Source: Leptolyngbyaceae cyanobacterium (lineage in GTDB: Bacteria; Cyanobacteriota; Cyanobacteriia; Phormidesmidales; Phormidesmidaceae). From it: 64,000 nt of DNA. Every line of letters begins with the position of its first letter. The first letter of the stretch is position 1. The notes under the pieces are model-generated. The model saw nothing but the letters and a program-made list of their open reading frames with translations. It made no database searches and was not told the origin of the DNA. The position numbers and the translations under genes were made by a program. Of the stretch, positions 41,929-51,712 are shown in pieces. The stretch spans positions 3,680,001 through 3,744,000 of the forward strand of contig CBDHHL010000032.1 in NCBI GenBank assembly GCA_965263355.1, given 5' to 3'.

Positions 41929-43009
41929 TTAGTTTTGCTAGATCCACGCAAGTATCCTGGTTGTAGTCCACGTCAACATTGACTGTATAGGCTGTAGACG
42001 CGTTTTCCTCTGGAAAGTCAGTGTAGTCTTGGATCTTTTCTAGGGCAATGTCGTTGAGAAACGCATACCCAGAGCTGCGTAATAGAGTTGGTTCGGTTGC
42101 GATCGCTCCATCTGCATCAACCATGACACCGACTAATCCTTTTTCTGGTACAGGTGTCAGGCAACTGAGAAAGCGTCTACCATCATCGTTATCTATAAAC
42201 GGATAGCTAATTTCTATCGCCTCATCTAATTCTTTAGTTTCAGATATCTCTAGCCCTGTCTGCTCACTTAAAGTTGTCAGCCAAGTTTTCTGAATTTCTT
42301 CCATTTCAGGCTCTGTTGTGTGCCGCACGCTGTGCTGTAATCGAGCCAAAATCTCTTGCAGAAGGTTAGGCACTTCCCGTGATTGCGCCCCCTGTTTTAA
42401 AGCCACCAAGGTAGGCGGTGTTTGCCCAGTATCTGAGTCGCGACTAGTGGGGCTAGTATTGGTTGAACTGTTGTTAGCTGCCTGATTACTGTTGTTAGCT
42501 GCCTGATTATTGTTAGACGGTAGTACAGCTATTTCATTATTGCTATTCCGGTTAGCCGTTTGATTTGATCGATTATTGCGGTTTCTATTACTACCATCTG
42601 CATTGCCAGTGGCCCGGCGACGGTTGGTTGAACTGCTGCGATTAGATGTATTACTATTGCTGGAAGACGAAGATGCTTGCCTACTTTGAGTTCGGCGTGT
42701 TTGAGCTGTCCCCTGCTGAGCGGTTGTTGCAGTTTGTCCTGCAGTAGTTGCAGGACGCTGCTGTACAGCGGCGACAACACCAGCGGTCGTTGGTCTAGCT
42801 GTGGGGGTAGGCGCTCCTTTTGCTGCTGGTTTGGCTGGTTGTGTTGCTTTAGGTGGAATCCGAGTTACCGTAATGCTTTCCCCTTCTGGGTCCGGAGCGG
42901 GCACCACTGCATCAGACGAACCTCCTGCTACTGGAATAAGTAATAGCCCGGCATGCAGACCCGCTGCCAGCAAAAAAATAGGATTAAAAAGAATTTTCAA
43001 AACATTCAT
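41918..43009 (-). CDS. TonB-like protein (TM with His, low-complexity linker, TonB C-terminal domain)
   Basis: [10 protein letters not shown] anchor; VGVMVDADG...[16 protein letters not shown]...YTVNV.V.Y. Confidence 0.7.
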   Translation of the reverse strand: MNVLKILFNPIFLLAAGLHAGLLLIPVAGGSSDAVVPAPDPEGESITVTRIPPKATQPAKPAAKGAPTPTARPTTAGVVAAVQQRPATTAGQTATTAQQGTAQTRRTQSRQASSSSSNSNTSNRSSSTNRRRATGNADGSNRNRNNRSNQTANRNSNNEIAVLPSNNNQAANNSNQAANNSSTNTSPTSRDSDTGQTPPTLVALKQGAQSREVPNLLQEILARLQHSVRHTTEPEMEEIQKTWLTTLSEQTGLEISETKELDEAIEISYPFIDNDDGRRFLSCLTPVPEKGLVGVMVDADGAIATEPTLLRSSGYAFLNDIALEKIQDYTDFPEENASTAYTVNVDVDYNQDTCVDLAKLTKL

Positions 43010-43045
43010 GGCAATGCGGGCAAAAAATTAAACAAAAACCAACCA

Positions 43046-43117
43046 AAACCACGTCCAATTTGAAACCTATAGATTCTTCACCGGAAAAATTCCAGTTCTA
43101 GACGTGAACAAAGTTTA
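43046..43117 (+). repeat. 72-bp dispersed repeat, copy C
   Basis: aaaccacgtccaatttgaaacctatagattcttcaccgg...gttctagacgtgaacaaagttta. Confidence 0.85.
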
Positions 43118-43208
43118 TCCTTGGGGTGAACAATTAGATTAGCGTTGCTAACAACGACTATTCCAATATCTAACTATATGTGTAAGGTGGGGTTAAGAGA
43201 ACAGCAAC

Positions 43209-44147
43209 TTAGCCCTGACGGGGGTCGTTAGGCCAGACGAACACTAGCGTTGTTCCTTTCAAATCGATTAAAGATATGTAATTAACGGGTTGATTATTCG
43301 CATCGTAAACACCATAAAAAGGATGACCACCATATAGCCCTTCATCCACTTGAGTCATACCTGCATTGATCAGAGCCTGCCCTAGGCCTTCTCGATTTAC
43401 AAGATCAATGTTTCTGGAAATTTGCTTAAATGTTGCTTCAGGCAGTGGCTGATAAGTGCCATCACTGATGCTATTAGCCGTAAAAAAGGCGCTAGGATCA
43501 AACACATTCTGAATATCTTGTGCTCTAAAACGTAGGTCAAGGGGATCAGTGCTTAACCATTGATCAGTAATATCAAAATTGCTAGTCCCTTCACTTGAGG
43601 CTCCCAAGAACTGACTTAATTGACTATTGAGGGCATCTTGCTGCACAGGGTCAAAGGCAAAGGACTGTTCAACTGGCTCTTCTTCAAATTCCTCTTCAAA
43701 TTCTTCCTCTTCTGGTAGTTCTTCAATAATCTCCTCTAATTCTTCAGGTACTTCGGTTAGAACTGGAGGGGCTACAACAGTTGCTGGTGGTGGTGCCTCT
43801 GGCGGGGGTGCTTGAGGTTCTTCGGGGGGAGGAGGAGGAACAGGTTCTTCCGGAGCTAAAATATCACTCAGACTAACTGCCTCAATCGTGACTTCTTCTT
43901 CAGGTTCTGGCTCTAAAACTTCTTCTACTTTAGGTGCTGATAGATCGACAGCAGGGAGAAGCAATAACAATCCATGGGTGCCTAATGCCAGCCAAACCAC
44001 AGGACGTCTTAAGAAGCAAAATCCATAGGTTGAGAGCTGTGCAGTTACATAGGGCAGCGCTCGAATAAACAGAATTGGCTGGAATACAACATTCTTAGCC
44101 AGTCTGACCATAGGATTACCCGACTCAGAAGAACCAATGCTAGCCAT
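43209..44147 (-). CDS. Pro/Glu-rich membrane-anchored protein with a TonB-like N-terminus and an unrecognised C-terminal domain
   Basis: ALGTHGLLLLLP anchor, EPEPEEE/PPPPP linker. Confidence 0.6.
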   Translation of the reverse strand: MASIGSSESGNPMVRLAKNVVFQPILFIRALPYVTAQLSTYGFCFLRRPVVWLALGTHGLLLLLPAVDLSAPKVEEVLEPEPEEEVTIEAVSLSDILAPEEPVPPPPPEEPQAPPPEAPPPATVVAPPVLTEVPEELEEIIEELPEEEEFEEEFEEEPVEQSFAFDPVQQDALNSQLSQFLGASSEGTSNFDITDQWLSTDPLDLRFRAQDIQNVFDPSAFFTANSISDGTYQPLPEATFKQISRNIDLVNREGLGQALINAGMTQVDEGLYGGHPFYGVYDANNQPVNYISLIDLKGTTLVFVWPNDPRQG

Positions 44148-44310
44148 GGGAAAAACTACGTTCTAAATATTAAGGAAACCTTGGAGGAGCGAACATTCCC
44201 CCAAGGCAAAAATGGTTGATGCACACTGAGCGTGTGAAACTTAGCAATGTTAGAGATACCTTTCTCGGGGCCTTAAACACCCCGATAGAAAACCCTGAAC
44301 TTTGCTGAAA

Positions 44311-45264
44311 CTACTGAAGAACAGTAGTCGCTTCTGCGTCGTAAGCTTCAAGAGTAGAGTCAGTTGCAGCATCAGGTAGAGGTACATAGCCGACCTCAAG
44401 GATCAACTCGCCTGCATCAGCCTGTTCAACATAGAACTCAACAAAGTCAGCAACGCCAGTGCTGGAATCAGCAAGAGCTGCCGTGTTTACGTAGATGAAG
44501 ATAGGACGGCCTAGAGGCTGGTACAGGTCAGCTTCAACATTAGTTACAGTGGGCTCAACAAATTCACCTAGGTCTTCATTGAAGATGCTAACGGCTTTCA
44601 GAATATCGGCATTCTCGGAAAAGTAAGCCAGACCGAAGTAACCAATAGCATAGGGGTCGCCAGCAACACCGCGGACTAGAACGTTGTCATCTTCACTCGC
44701 GGTATAATCTGCACGGCTGACACCACCGTCGCCGTTGACTTCGTCAGTGAAGTAATCAAACGTACCGGAGTCAGTACCAGGACCAAACAGACCGATTTCC
44801 TCATTAGGCCAGGAAGGATCGATCTGGTTCCAGCGAGTGATAACACCTTCAGCAGGTGCATCCCACATAGCGTTTAGTTGGTCAACGGTCATCTCAGTTG
44901 CCCAATCGTTTGCAGGATTGATCACAACAGTCAAAGCATCATAGGCAACGGGAACAGCAATGTAATCGATACCAGCTGCGGCACATAGCTCCTTTTCAGA
45001 GTCTTTGATAGGACGAGAAGCGTTAGAAATAACAGTCTCACCAGCGCAGAACTTCTTGAAACCACCGCCAGTACCGGAAACACCAACAGTAACTTCTGCT
45101 CCGGGATTGACAGTAGCGTACTCTTCAGCCATCGCTTCAGTGATGGGAAAAACAGTACTGGAACCGTCGATAGCAATACTTTGAGCAACTGCAGATGTTG
45201 CAGTAAGAGCACCAGCCGCAGCTACTGCAGCTACTGTGCCGAAAAATTGAGCGAACTTAACCAT
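44311..45264 (-). CDS. pstS: Phosphate-binding protein (PstS family)
   Basis: [46 protein letters not shown]. Confidence 0.95.
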   Translation of the reverse strand: MVKFAQFFGTVAAVAAAGALTATSAVAQSIAIDGSSTVFPITEAMAEEYATVNPGAEVTVGVSGTGGGFKKFCAGETVISNASRPIKDSEKELCAAAGIDYIAVPVAYDALTVVINPANDWATEMTVDQLNAMWDAPAEGVITRWNQIDPSWPNEEIGLFGPGTDSGTFDYFTDEVNGDGGVSRADYTASEDDNVLVRGVAGDPYAIGYFGLAYFSENADILKAVSIFNEDLGEFVEPTVTNVEADLYQPLGRPIFIYVNTAALADSSTGVADFVEFYVEQADAGELILEVGYVPLPDAATDSTLEAYDAEATTVLQ

Positions 45265-45338
45265 AACTACACACTCCGTGGCTATTTGTTAGGCCACGAA
45301 AAACTATAGCCAGGGGAAATTAATGCAAAGTAATTGCC

Positions 45339-45379
45339 TGGTTAAGATATTGTTTTAGTTAGTTTAAGGCAAGGTAAAA
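45339..45379 (-). promoter_or_regulatory. Pho box (SphR/PhoB-type direct repeats)
   Basis: Minus strand TTTTACCT-tgc-CTTAAACT-aac-TAAAACAA-tat-CTTAACCA, an 11-bp period matching PyTTAAPyPy(T/A). A TATAGT -10 candidate lies 30 nt downstream. Confidence 0.75.
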
Positions 45380-45583
45380 ACTGAATAAGTCTATGTAGAG
45401 AAAGTAACTTATCCTTTCAAAGGGTTATTATTCAATGGCTATTTGTCAACAGAATTTCAGCTTAATTTTAGAGGGCGATGGTGTATACAACATTACTTTT
45501 GATTGAATTATTATATAAATTTATAAACTTGGCCGGATAGCTCTACCGACTTCTTATTCAAGGCTAATGTTCCCATATCCTAT

Positions 45584-45613
45584 GGAAAATGTTCACTGAA
45601 ATGAACATTTTCC
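45584..45613. repeat. Perfect 12-bp inverted repeat (possible terminator of the upstream operon)
   Basis: ggaaaatgttca-ctgaaa-tgaacattttcc. Confidence 0.6.
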
Positions 45614-45704
45614 GGGTAGAGATTTTTGTAGAGAGAGCCAGAGCGATGCTAGGGCAGGTATAAAATATCACCGTAGGTAATATTACGTCTTCTTTAGATG
45701 AGTT

Positions 45705-45965
45705 CTAAATTTTGCCTTCGAAGTATTTGTACCAGATGGCATTGCCGATGACGGTCAGGATGAGAATGCTGCTGCCACCCATTAAGGCAAGTGTAGGGTT
45801 ATAGCCTCCATGACTGAGATTTTCCATCCACAAATTTGTGGTGGTGGAATGTGACACTTGATTGGCTAGGAAGGGCGTTAGGTAAATCAGCGCACCACCG
45901 CTGAGCAGCCAGCCAACCATTGATATCAGTAGGAAAACGGTTTTGCCTTTAGTTTGGGTACTCAT
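45705..45965 (-). CDS. Small two-TM hypothetical protein
   Basis: 86-aa ORF with two hydrophobic segments, same strand and 36 nt after the pentapeptide gene. Confidence 0.65.
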   Translation of the reverse strand: MSTQTKGKTVFLLISMVGWLLSGGALIYLTPFLANQVSHSTTTNLWMENLSHGGYNPTLALMGGSSILILTVIGNAIWYKYFEGKI

Positions 45966-46000
45966 GGACGTGTCTTGATAAAACTGATTTTGATAGAGCG

Positions 46001-46588
46001 CTAGTCAGTGGCCTCAAAAGGTGTACCAATCAAACATGCACCCGTTAACGTAGCGCCATCAAGGTTGGTGTTACTCAGTTGGGCGCACAATAAATTGGCT
46101 TGGGTTAAATTAGCCCCTCGCAGAACAGCGCCACTGAGATTAGCTTCTTCTAGGTCGGCTCCTGATAAATCGCTGCCTGCAAGGTTGGCGCTGCCTAAAT
46201 CGGCGCTGCGAAGAATGCAGCCAGCTAAGTTAGCTCCTCGTAAATCGGCTCCTCGTAAATCGACTGCTGTTAAATCGAGATTACTTAAAACAGCGCCGGC
46301 TAAAAATGCTCCAGCTAGGCTGGTGTTAGTTGTATTGGCTTCAAGTAAGATAGCTCCCCTGAGATCGGCGCTGCGCATATCAGCAGCCAGAAGATCTGCA
46401 CCGATTAAGTCAGCTCCCCGCAAATTTGCCCGGAGGTCGGCTTGTTTAAGAATGGTGCCATTGAGGTTGGCTCCTTTGAGATTGGCTTGGAACAGATTAG
46501 CGTTGCTGAGGTCCATGCCAGTCAGATCTGCACCCATCAGATTATTTGTTTGTCCTTGTAAAATCGCTTCGATCTCGGATGGGGTCAT
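46001..46588 (-). CDS. Pentapeptide repeat protein
   Basis: Continuous A(D/N)Lxx repeats; ATGA overlap with the upstream gene. Confidence 0.93.
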   Translation of the reverse strand: MTPSEIEAILQGQTNNLMGADLTGMDLSNANLFQANLKGANLNGTILKQADLRANLRGADLIGADLLAADMRSADLRGAILLEANTTNTSLAGAFLAGAVLSNLDLTAVDLRGADLRGANLAGCILRSADLGSANLAGSDLSGADLEEANLSGAVLRGANLTQANLLCAQLSNTNLDGATLTGACLIGTPFEATD

Positions 46589-48006
46589 GGGGTGACCTCC
46601 CTAGGGGTAGACCGTTGTTTTTCGTCGGCAGATTGAGGTTTGATATCTTCAAGCCAAACGGTTGGTTGCTGACTAGGGCGTTGTGGCAGCTGTAGCATGC
46701 CGATTTCCGCCAATCGTACGACGGTGCTTAGAGACGCTACAAGATTCGGGTCAAAGCGTCTACCGCTATGGGTTTCACAGACTGTTAATGCTTCTCCCAA
46801 CGCCATAGCAGTTCGTTCACCTCTAGGTTCAGTGAGTTCTTGAAAATAGGCAACAAGACCCAAAATCCGCGATTCAATGGGTATTTCTTCTGCTTTTAAG
46901 CCATTTGGTGTACCACTACCATCCCAGTATTCCAACTGGTGGGTGACGATGCGGTTGATGGGGGATAACTCTGGCATTGACGAGAGTAGCTGACCACCCA
47001 GGGCAGCCCGATCGCGCCAGAATACCAAACTGGCTTGGTCCAGATGCTCTGTTGTTTGCTGAAAAATTTCCTTGGGGGCTTCAGCTAAGCCAATACGGAA
47101 CAATAACCCTGCTAGCCGCAGACGCCGTAGTTGGAGGGTGGGTAAATCGATTATCTGCCCTAATGTTTCAGCTAGGGCAGATACTTGTAGCGAAGCAACG
47201 GGGTTGGCCGGGTCGCGTGCGTCAATTTTTTGCACCATGCGCAAAAAGGCCTGTAGCTTATTGGCCGCCAAGTTGCGGTTAAGTTTGGAAGCTTGGCCTT
47301 CAAGTTCCCAAAGTTCACGGGTTTGACGACTGACGGTGACGAGCTGCTGCTGACTACTCTGGAGATAGTTAACAATGCGTGACACCACACCACTTAGATC
47401 CGTAGGAATTTCTGAGGGATTATTTCTTAGGGTGCTGTAATGTCCCATGAGCTGATCGGCAAGGTCGTTATCGTAGGGGCGGAGCCGTTCAATCAGAATT
47501 TTTGCTGCTTCTTCTACGGGAGTCTTTTCAAAGGTCCAAAGACCGTAAAATTTGCGTTCAACGTCCACGGTGGGGATGCTGTCGCTCCGATAGTCCTCTT
47601 CAGAAAGTTCGTGGCATAGCAACATAGCTGCATAACCCGGTGCCAGAATAATTAGGTTCCACTCTTGGTTAAGGCTGTCATTGCTGTCTAGATTAACTAG
47701 ATCAACGTTGGCTAGCTGGCTGGTAGCATGGTCGCCAAAGCCGCTATTGGGGACAGCTGCGATCGCAACCCGTTGTGCGAAATTTGCAATATCCTTGTAG
47801 CGATCGGCTTCCTGTAGATACCATTTACCTTGCTGAAACGTGACCATTACCAGTGGTTTAGCGTCATCCGGTTGTTCTAGAATATGGTCCTCTAGAGCAT
47901 GGCACAGGGCCACTAGGGTGTTTTTGAAATAAACACCATAGCTAGAGGGCATTTGACCCTCAGGCAACGTGATCTTGAGTTGATTAAGGGTAGCCTCAGA
48001 GTTCAT
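46585..48006 (-). CDS. DICT sensory domain plus degenerate HD-GYP domain protein
   Basis: LVALCHALED, TFQQGKWYLQEADRY and EWNLII (DICT); HQLEYWDGSGTPNGLKAEEIPIESRILG and GRRFDP (HD-GYP fold). Confidence 0.85.
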   Translation of the reverse strand: MNSEATLNQLKITLPEGQMPSSYGVYFKNTLVALCHALEDHILEQPDDAKPLVMVTFQQGKWYLQEADRYKDIANFAQRVAIAAVPNSGFGDHATSQLANVDLVNLDSNDSLNQEWNLIILAPGYAAMLLCHELSEEDYRSDSIPTVDVERKFYGLWTFEKTPVEEAAKILIERLRPYDNDLADQLMGHYSTLRNNPSEIPTDLSGVVSRIVNYLQSSQQQLVTVSRQTRELWELEGQASKLNRNLAANKLQAFLRMVQKIDARDPANPVASLQVSALAETLGQIIDLPTLQLRRLRLAGLLFRIGLAEAPKEIFQQTTEHLDQASLVFWRDRAALGGQLLSSMPELSPINRIVTHQLEYWDGSGTPNGLKAEEIPIESRILGLVAYFQELTEPRGERTAMALGEALTVCETHSGRRFDPNLVASLSTVVRLAEIGMLQLPQRPSQQPTVWLEDIKPQSADEKQRSTPREVTP

Positions 48007-48342
48007 ATAAAGACTCTTTATGAATCAAGTAAGCTTAATGGCCCCGGTGTAGAAAGCTGATATAACGAAGCTTCAAAGCTAAGCTTCAAATTCTCACCAG
48101 ATAGAGCTTCTTCAAAAAGCTTCTAGGTAATAACTATGATTTCATATTTTGATGAAAAGCGTGGCAAGTCTTATGCAAAATATGCCACGGTTGTTATTTA
48201 GCAATGCTTTAAAGGGGCGGTATTGATCGTTTTTGTTATAAAACGATATAAATTAAGTGGCTGAAATAAGCAAAAGTACTTAACTTGTATAGAGGTCTAC
48301 CTGGTTACGATTGGTGGACCCTATCAAAATCGAGTGAACGTT

Positions 48343-48573
48343 ATGACTAATTCATCCAACGAGCAAACTTGTCCCGTGTGCGGTGTTACGGTTGCCAATG
48401 ATGTTGTGCAATTTTCCAATGGCTCTACGGGTACTCGCGCCCGTCTCTATGCCAGGGTATGCCAGTACGCTAAGAAGCCTGACTGTATTAATCAAGATAA
48501 GGAACTGATTGGTGTGGTTTTGCAGGAAGATGGCTTTATGGAAGCCCCGCCGCTTAATTTAGGTCAATCGTAA
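48343..48573 (+). CDS. Small four-cysteine hypothetical protein
   Basis: CPVC...ARVCQY....CIN; likely ATG at 48343. Confidence 0.65.
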   Translation: MTNSSNEQTCPVCGVTVANDVVQFSNGSTGTRARLYARVCQYAKKPDCINQDKELIGVVLQEDGFMEAPPLNLGQS

Positions 48574-48631
48574 GCTATCGAAACTGAGAACAGGGTAGTT
48601 GTCCCTTGATGCCTGCCCTGTTCTGACTGCG

Positions 48632-49072
48632 CTAACCCAATCGCTCTGCCACTTGTCTAAGTCGCTGCAGCTGCGCTTTCATGTCTTGCTTAGTCCAGTT
48701 GGCAGCAAACTGACTAAATCCAAAGGATACGAGTGGATTTGGAATTTCAAACTCAAAGCGATTGATCAGGCGAGTGCCTGATTCTTCTGGGATACATTCC
48801 CACCGATCTTTACCGGTAAAAAATCCTGTAAATGCCCAGACTATTAGGCCTGGCCGTCGCTCTACTACTTTGCTGATTAGGCTGGGCTGCAGTAGAGGGA
48901 CTTGAATAATAAACCGGGTCTGACTATTTATATCTGTGCTCCAGGTTTCCCCTATGGGTTCACAGCGGAGGGCAGGGTTGAGCCATTGATGCATAAGGGT
49001 GCGATCGCAAATGCATCGTTCGACCGTGGTAGCGCTGGCACGAATAAAAACTGATTGCTCAAAAACGCCCAT
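48632..49072 (-). CDS. SRPBCC/polyketide cyclase family protein
   Basis: FEQSVFI.ASATTVERC, WLNPALRC, F.GFF.G.DRWEC, NRFEF. Confidence 0.8.
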   Translation of the reverse strand: MGVFEQSVFIRASATTVERCICDRTLMHQWLNPALRCEPIGETWSTDINSQTRFIIQVPLLQPSLISKVVERRPGLIVWAFTGFFTGKDRWECIPEESGTRLINRFEFEIPNPLVSFGFSQFAANWTKQDMKAQLQRLRQVAERLG

Positions 49073-49150
49073 AAAAAATGATAGGTAGCAACTGGATACC
49101 ACCTATCATTTTTGCTGATTTAAATTTTAAAGCAAAAGCGACTAGCGATC

Positions 49151-50395
49151 TTAATGGACATGATGTTTATGATGGCTGTGGCCATGTTCCTTGTGTTCAT
49201 GGCTATGTTCACCATGGTGATGGCCGTCGTGATGGTGCCCATCGTGATGATGGCCATTGTGATGATGGCTATCGTAGTCTTGCAAGGTTTCCATTTGGGC
49301 AGCGCGATGCAGTTGATTGACCGCCATACCCTGCTCGTCACTCAGATCGGAAATCAGGCTATCAGCCCAGCCAGCCGCCATTTTTAAAAAGTCATCATTA
49401 TCGTTGACGCAGGGCATTTGCACATAGGTGACATCGGGACGCTTACGCCGGAGATGGCCAATGATATGCTCCACATCCAGTAGAGTCTCGTGATTTTCAG
49501 TGACAAAACCAATAGGCATAAAGACTAAAGCCGTAGCACCCAGATCCATTAGGTTTTGAGCTGCCAGGGTGACATTGGGCTGGGTCCATTCAATCATGGG
49601 GGTATCGTGGTTCAGCCAGCCAATGGAAACCAATGGATAGTTGTAAATCAGGCGCTCTCGAACGGCGTCGTAGAGCAGCTGACTCTCCGTAATACCCGAA
49701 GTGAAGCCCTTGGCTTTGTGAGGACAGCCGTGGTTCATAAGGACAATGCCGGTTTGAGAGGGTAGATGGGCAACAGCTAAATGTCGTTGAATCTTCTCCT
49801 CGACCTGGCGAGCCAGTAGATCGATGTAATCAGGTTGGTTATAAAAGGACGGTATATAGCGGGTGCCTTGGAGCCAATGATCGTCGCCACCGCTAAATGT
49901 TTTGGCTAAAGCGCTGTTGACTTGTTCTACAGCAATCCCACTAGTGAAAATAGAGTCAACGACCAGTAGGGGGTAAATCAATAGCTTAGTGAACCCCTGG
50001 GCTTGGATTTCGGCTAGCACCTGGTGCGGTAAAAACGGAGCGCAAAAGTTAAACGCCTTAAATACACTGACACGCTCGCCCCACTTGGCTTGTAGATGGC
50101 GCTCAATGCCCTCACGCTGACGCTCAAAGATGCCGTTGTGGGGGGAAATAAAGTGATCGTGTTGGTGGTCCCATTCGTGGCGATCAAACAAGGCTAAGAG
50201 CTTAGCCAGGGGAGGATAAATCCAGGTGGGTACTGGGGCGAACTTAGCAGTTAGTAGATTAAGCGCTTGTTCATTGTAGTTGGCAAAGTCTTCGTAACTT
50301 TCTACCTCGCCATAGCCCATAAGCAAAACGGCTACACGGTTGTCAGATTTGCTTTGGTCTGGGGTGGATAGATTCGTGGGCGAAATCGCAACCAT
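49151..50395 (-). CDS. Ferrochelatase-family chelatase paralogue with a His-rich C-terminal tail
   Basis: ISPH, FCAPF, IYPLL, MNHG (catalytic His), W.QP, PIGFVTENHETLLD, CVND; tail rich in HHH repeats; no CAB helix. Confidence 0.8.
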   Translation of the reverse strand: MVAISPTNLSTPDQSKSDNRVAVLLMGYGEVESYEDFANYNEQALNLLTAKFAPVPTWIYPPLAKLLALFDRHEWDHQHDHFISPHNGIFERQREGIERHLQAKWGERVSVFKAFNFCAPFLPHQVLAEIQAQGFTKLLIYPLLVVDSIFTSGIAVEQVNSALAKTFSGGDDHWLQGTRYIPSFYNQPDYIDLLARQVEEKIQRHLAVAHLPSQTGIVLMNHGCPHKAKGFTSGITESQLLYDAVRERLIYNYPLVSIGWLNHDTPMIEWTQPNVTLAAQNLMDLGATALVFMPIGFVTENHETLLDVEHIIGHLRRKRPDVTYVQMPCVNDNDDFLKMAAGWADSLISDLSDEQGMAVNQLHRAAQMETLQDYDSHHHNGHHHDGHHHDGHHHGEHSHEHKEHGHSHHKHHVH

Positions 50396-50560
50396 AAAAA
50401 TTAAGCCTTGAAGGTTAGTTGGGTTGTCACAATGGACAGGCCCAACGGTAGCGCACCTCTAGGGTTAGTCCCATTTAACCTTGCAAGAATTTAAGACTCC
50501 TGAAATGAATTGATACGCAGCTGTTACTGTCTATTAAGTCTTACGTTGTTTGTTTCGGGT

Positions 50561-51664
50561 TTAATCACTCCATAACCGTCTGCGCCCAGGGCCCCTAAGA
50601 CGCTGATGGGTATCCCGTAACAGGGTAGGAATATCTAGTTTTTCTGGGCAGCGGGGTAAGCAATCGCCACAGTCGTTGCAGCGATTGCCTTGACGTCCTG
50701 AGAACCAATGGCCTGCTCGTTCAAACATACCGTAGCGATACTGACCAAAGGTGGTCATGTCGTAAGCAATGGCTAGGTTTCTGAGTCTGAGCACTTCTGG
50801 AATATTGATGGCTTCTGGACAGGGAAGACACTCATAACACTGTTGGCATTGGTCAGTGCCCAATACTGTCTGGGCCTGTTCTAGCCGTACTAAAGCAGTG
50901 CGCTCTTCAGCGGTGAGGGCGGCTGTATTATCGGCGACTTGCAGGGGCCAGGCAAGTTCTGTGGGGATGGCTGGGCCAATACTCAGGGTGGTAATGCGCA
51001 GATCGCTTAGCAACCAGCGATAGGTGAGTAATAGGGGGTCAAACGGTTGGCAAAGCTGCTTGAGCTTGACGGGTGGTGTATAGAGCTGTCCCCCTTTGTC
51101 AGCTGGGGAAATAATAAAAATGCCTAGATCTCGTTGATGGGCTAATTCAATAGCAGCGGCGTTGCGTTGATTAAAAAAGTAGTAGTGCAGGTTGATAAAG
51201 CTGATGATGGGATTTGCGATCGCTCCCATCACCACCGCTAATGAGCCGTGACTTGAGGCACCCACATGACGTACCCGTCTATCGTCTAGTACCTGGGTTA
51301 AACCCGGCATCATCCCATCAATTTGCTGTAGATGTTCAGGGGTATTCACCCCATGTAAAGCGAGGCAGTCAATGTAGTTAGTTCCTAAGCGCTCTAGGGA
51401 CTCATCAATCAGTCGATCCACGTCACTGCCAGGTAGCAGCTTAGTGGTCAAAACTAACTCCGAGCGCTTAAAACTTTTTAATGCCTGACCAAGGTATGGT
51501 TCACTCTGGCCATAGCCCCGTGCCGTTTCAATATGGTTAATACCCTGGGCGATTGCCTCAGACAAAACGCAATACATAGAGTCTGCATTGTCCAGACAGC
51601 GCATTGTCCCTAAGGAAAATACGGACAGATTTAATTCTGTTTTACCAAAACGTCGATAGTGCAT
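50561..51664 (-). CDS. Aldo/keto reductase with C-terminal 4Fe-4S dicluster domain
   Basis: HIETARGYG; CQQCYECLPCP and CNDCGDCLPRCP. Confidence 0.9.
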   Translation of the reverse strand: MHYRRFGKTELNLSVFSLGTMRCLDNADSMYCVLSEAIAQGINHIETARGYGQSEPYLGQALKSFKRSELVLTTKLLPGSDVDRLIDESLERLGTNYIDCLALHGVNTPEHLQQIDGMMPGLTQVLDDRRVRHVGASSHGSLAVVMGAIANPIISFINLHYYFFNQRNAAAIELAHQRDLGIFIISPADKGGQLYTPPVKLKQLCQPFDPLLLTYRWLLSDLRITTLSIGPAIPTELAWPLQVADNTAALTAEERTALVRLEQAQTVLGTDQCQQCYECLPCPEAINIPEVLRLRNLAIAYDMTTFGQYRYGMFERAGHWFSGRQGNRCNDCGDCLPRCPEKLDIPTLLRDTHQRLRGPGRRRLWSD

Positions 51665-51712
51665 GGGGGGAGCAAATGCCTTAACCCATATATACCAGAC
51701 CTACTGATTGGA

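Noticed and set aside
46008..46595. 195-aa plus-strand ORF with RSAP/KLAP periodicity
   Set aside because: Antisense mirror of the pentapeptide repeat gene; the periodicity comes from the sense strand.
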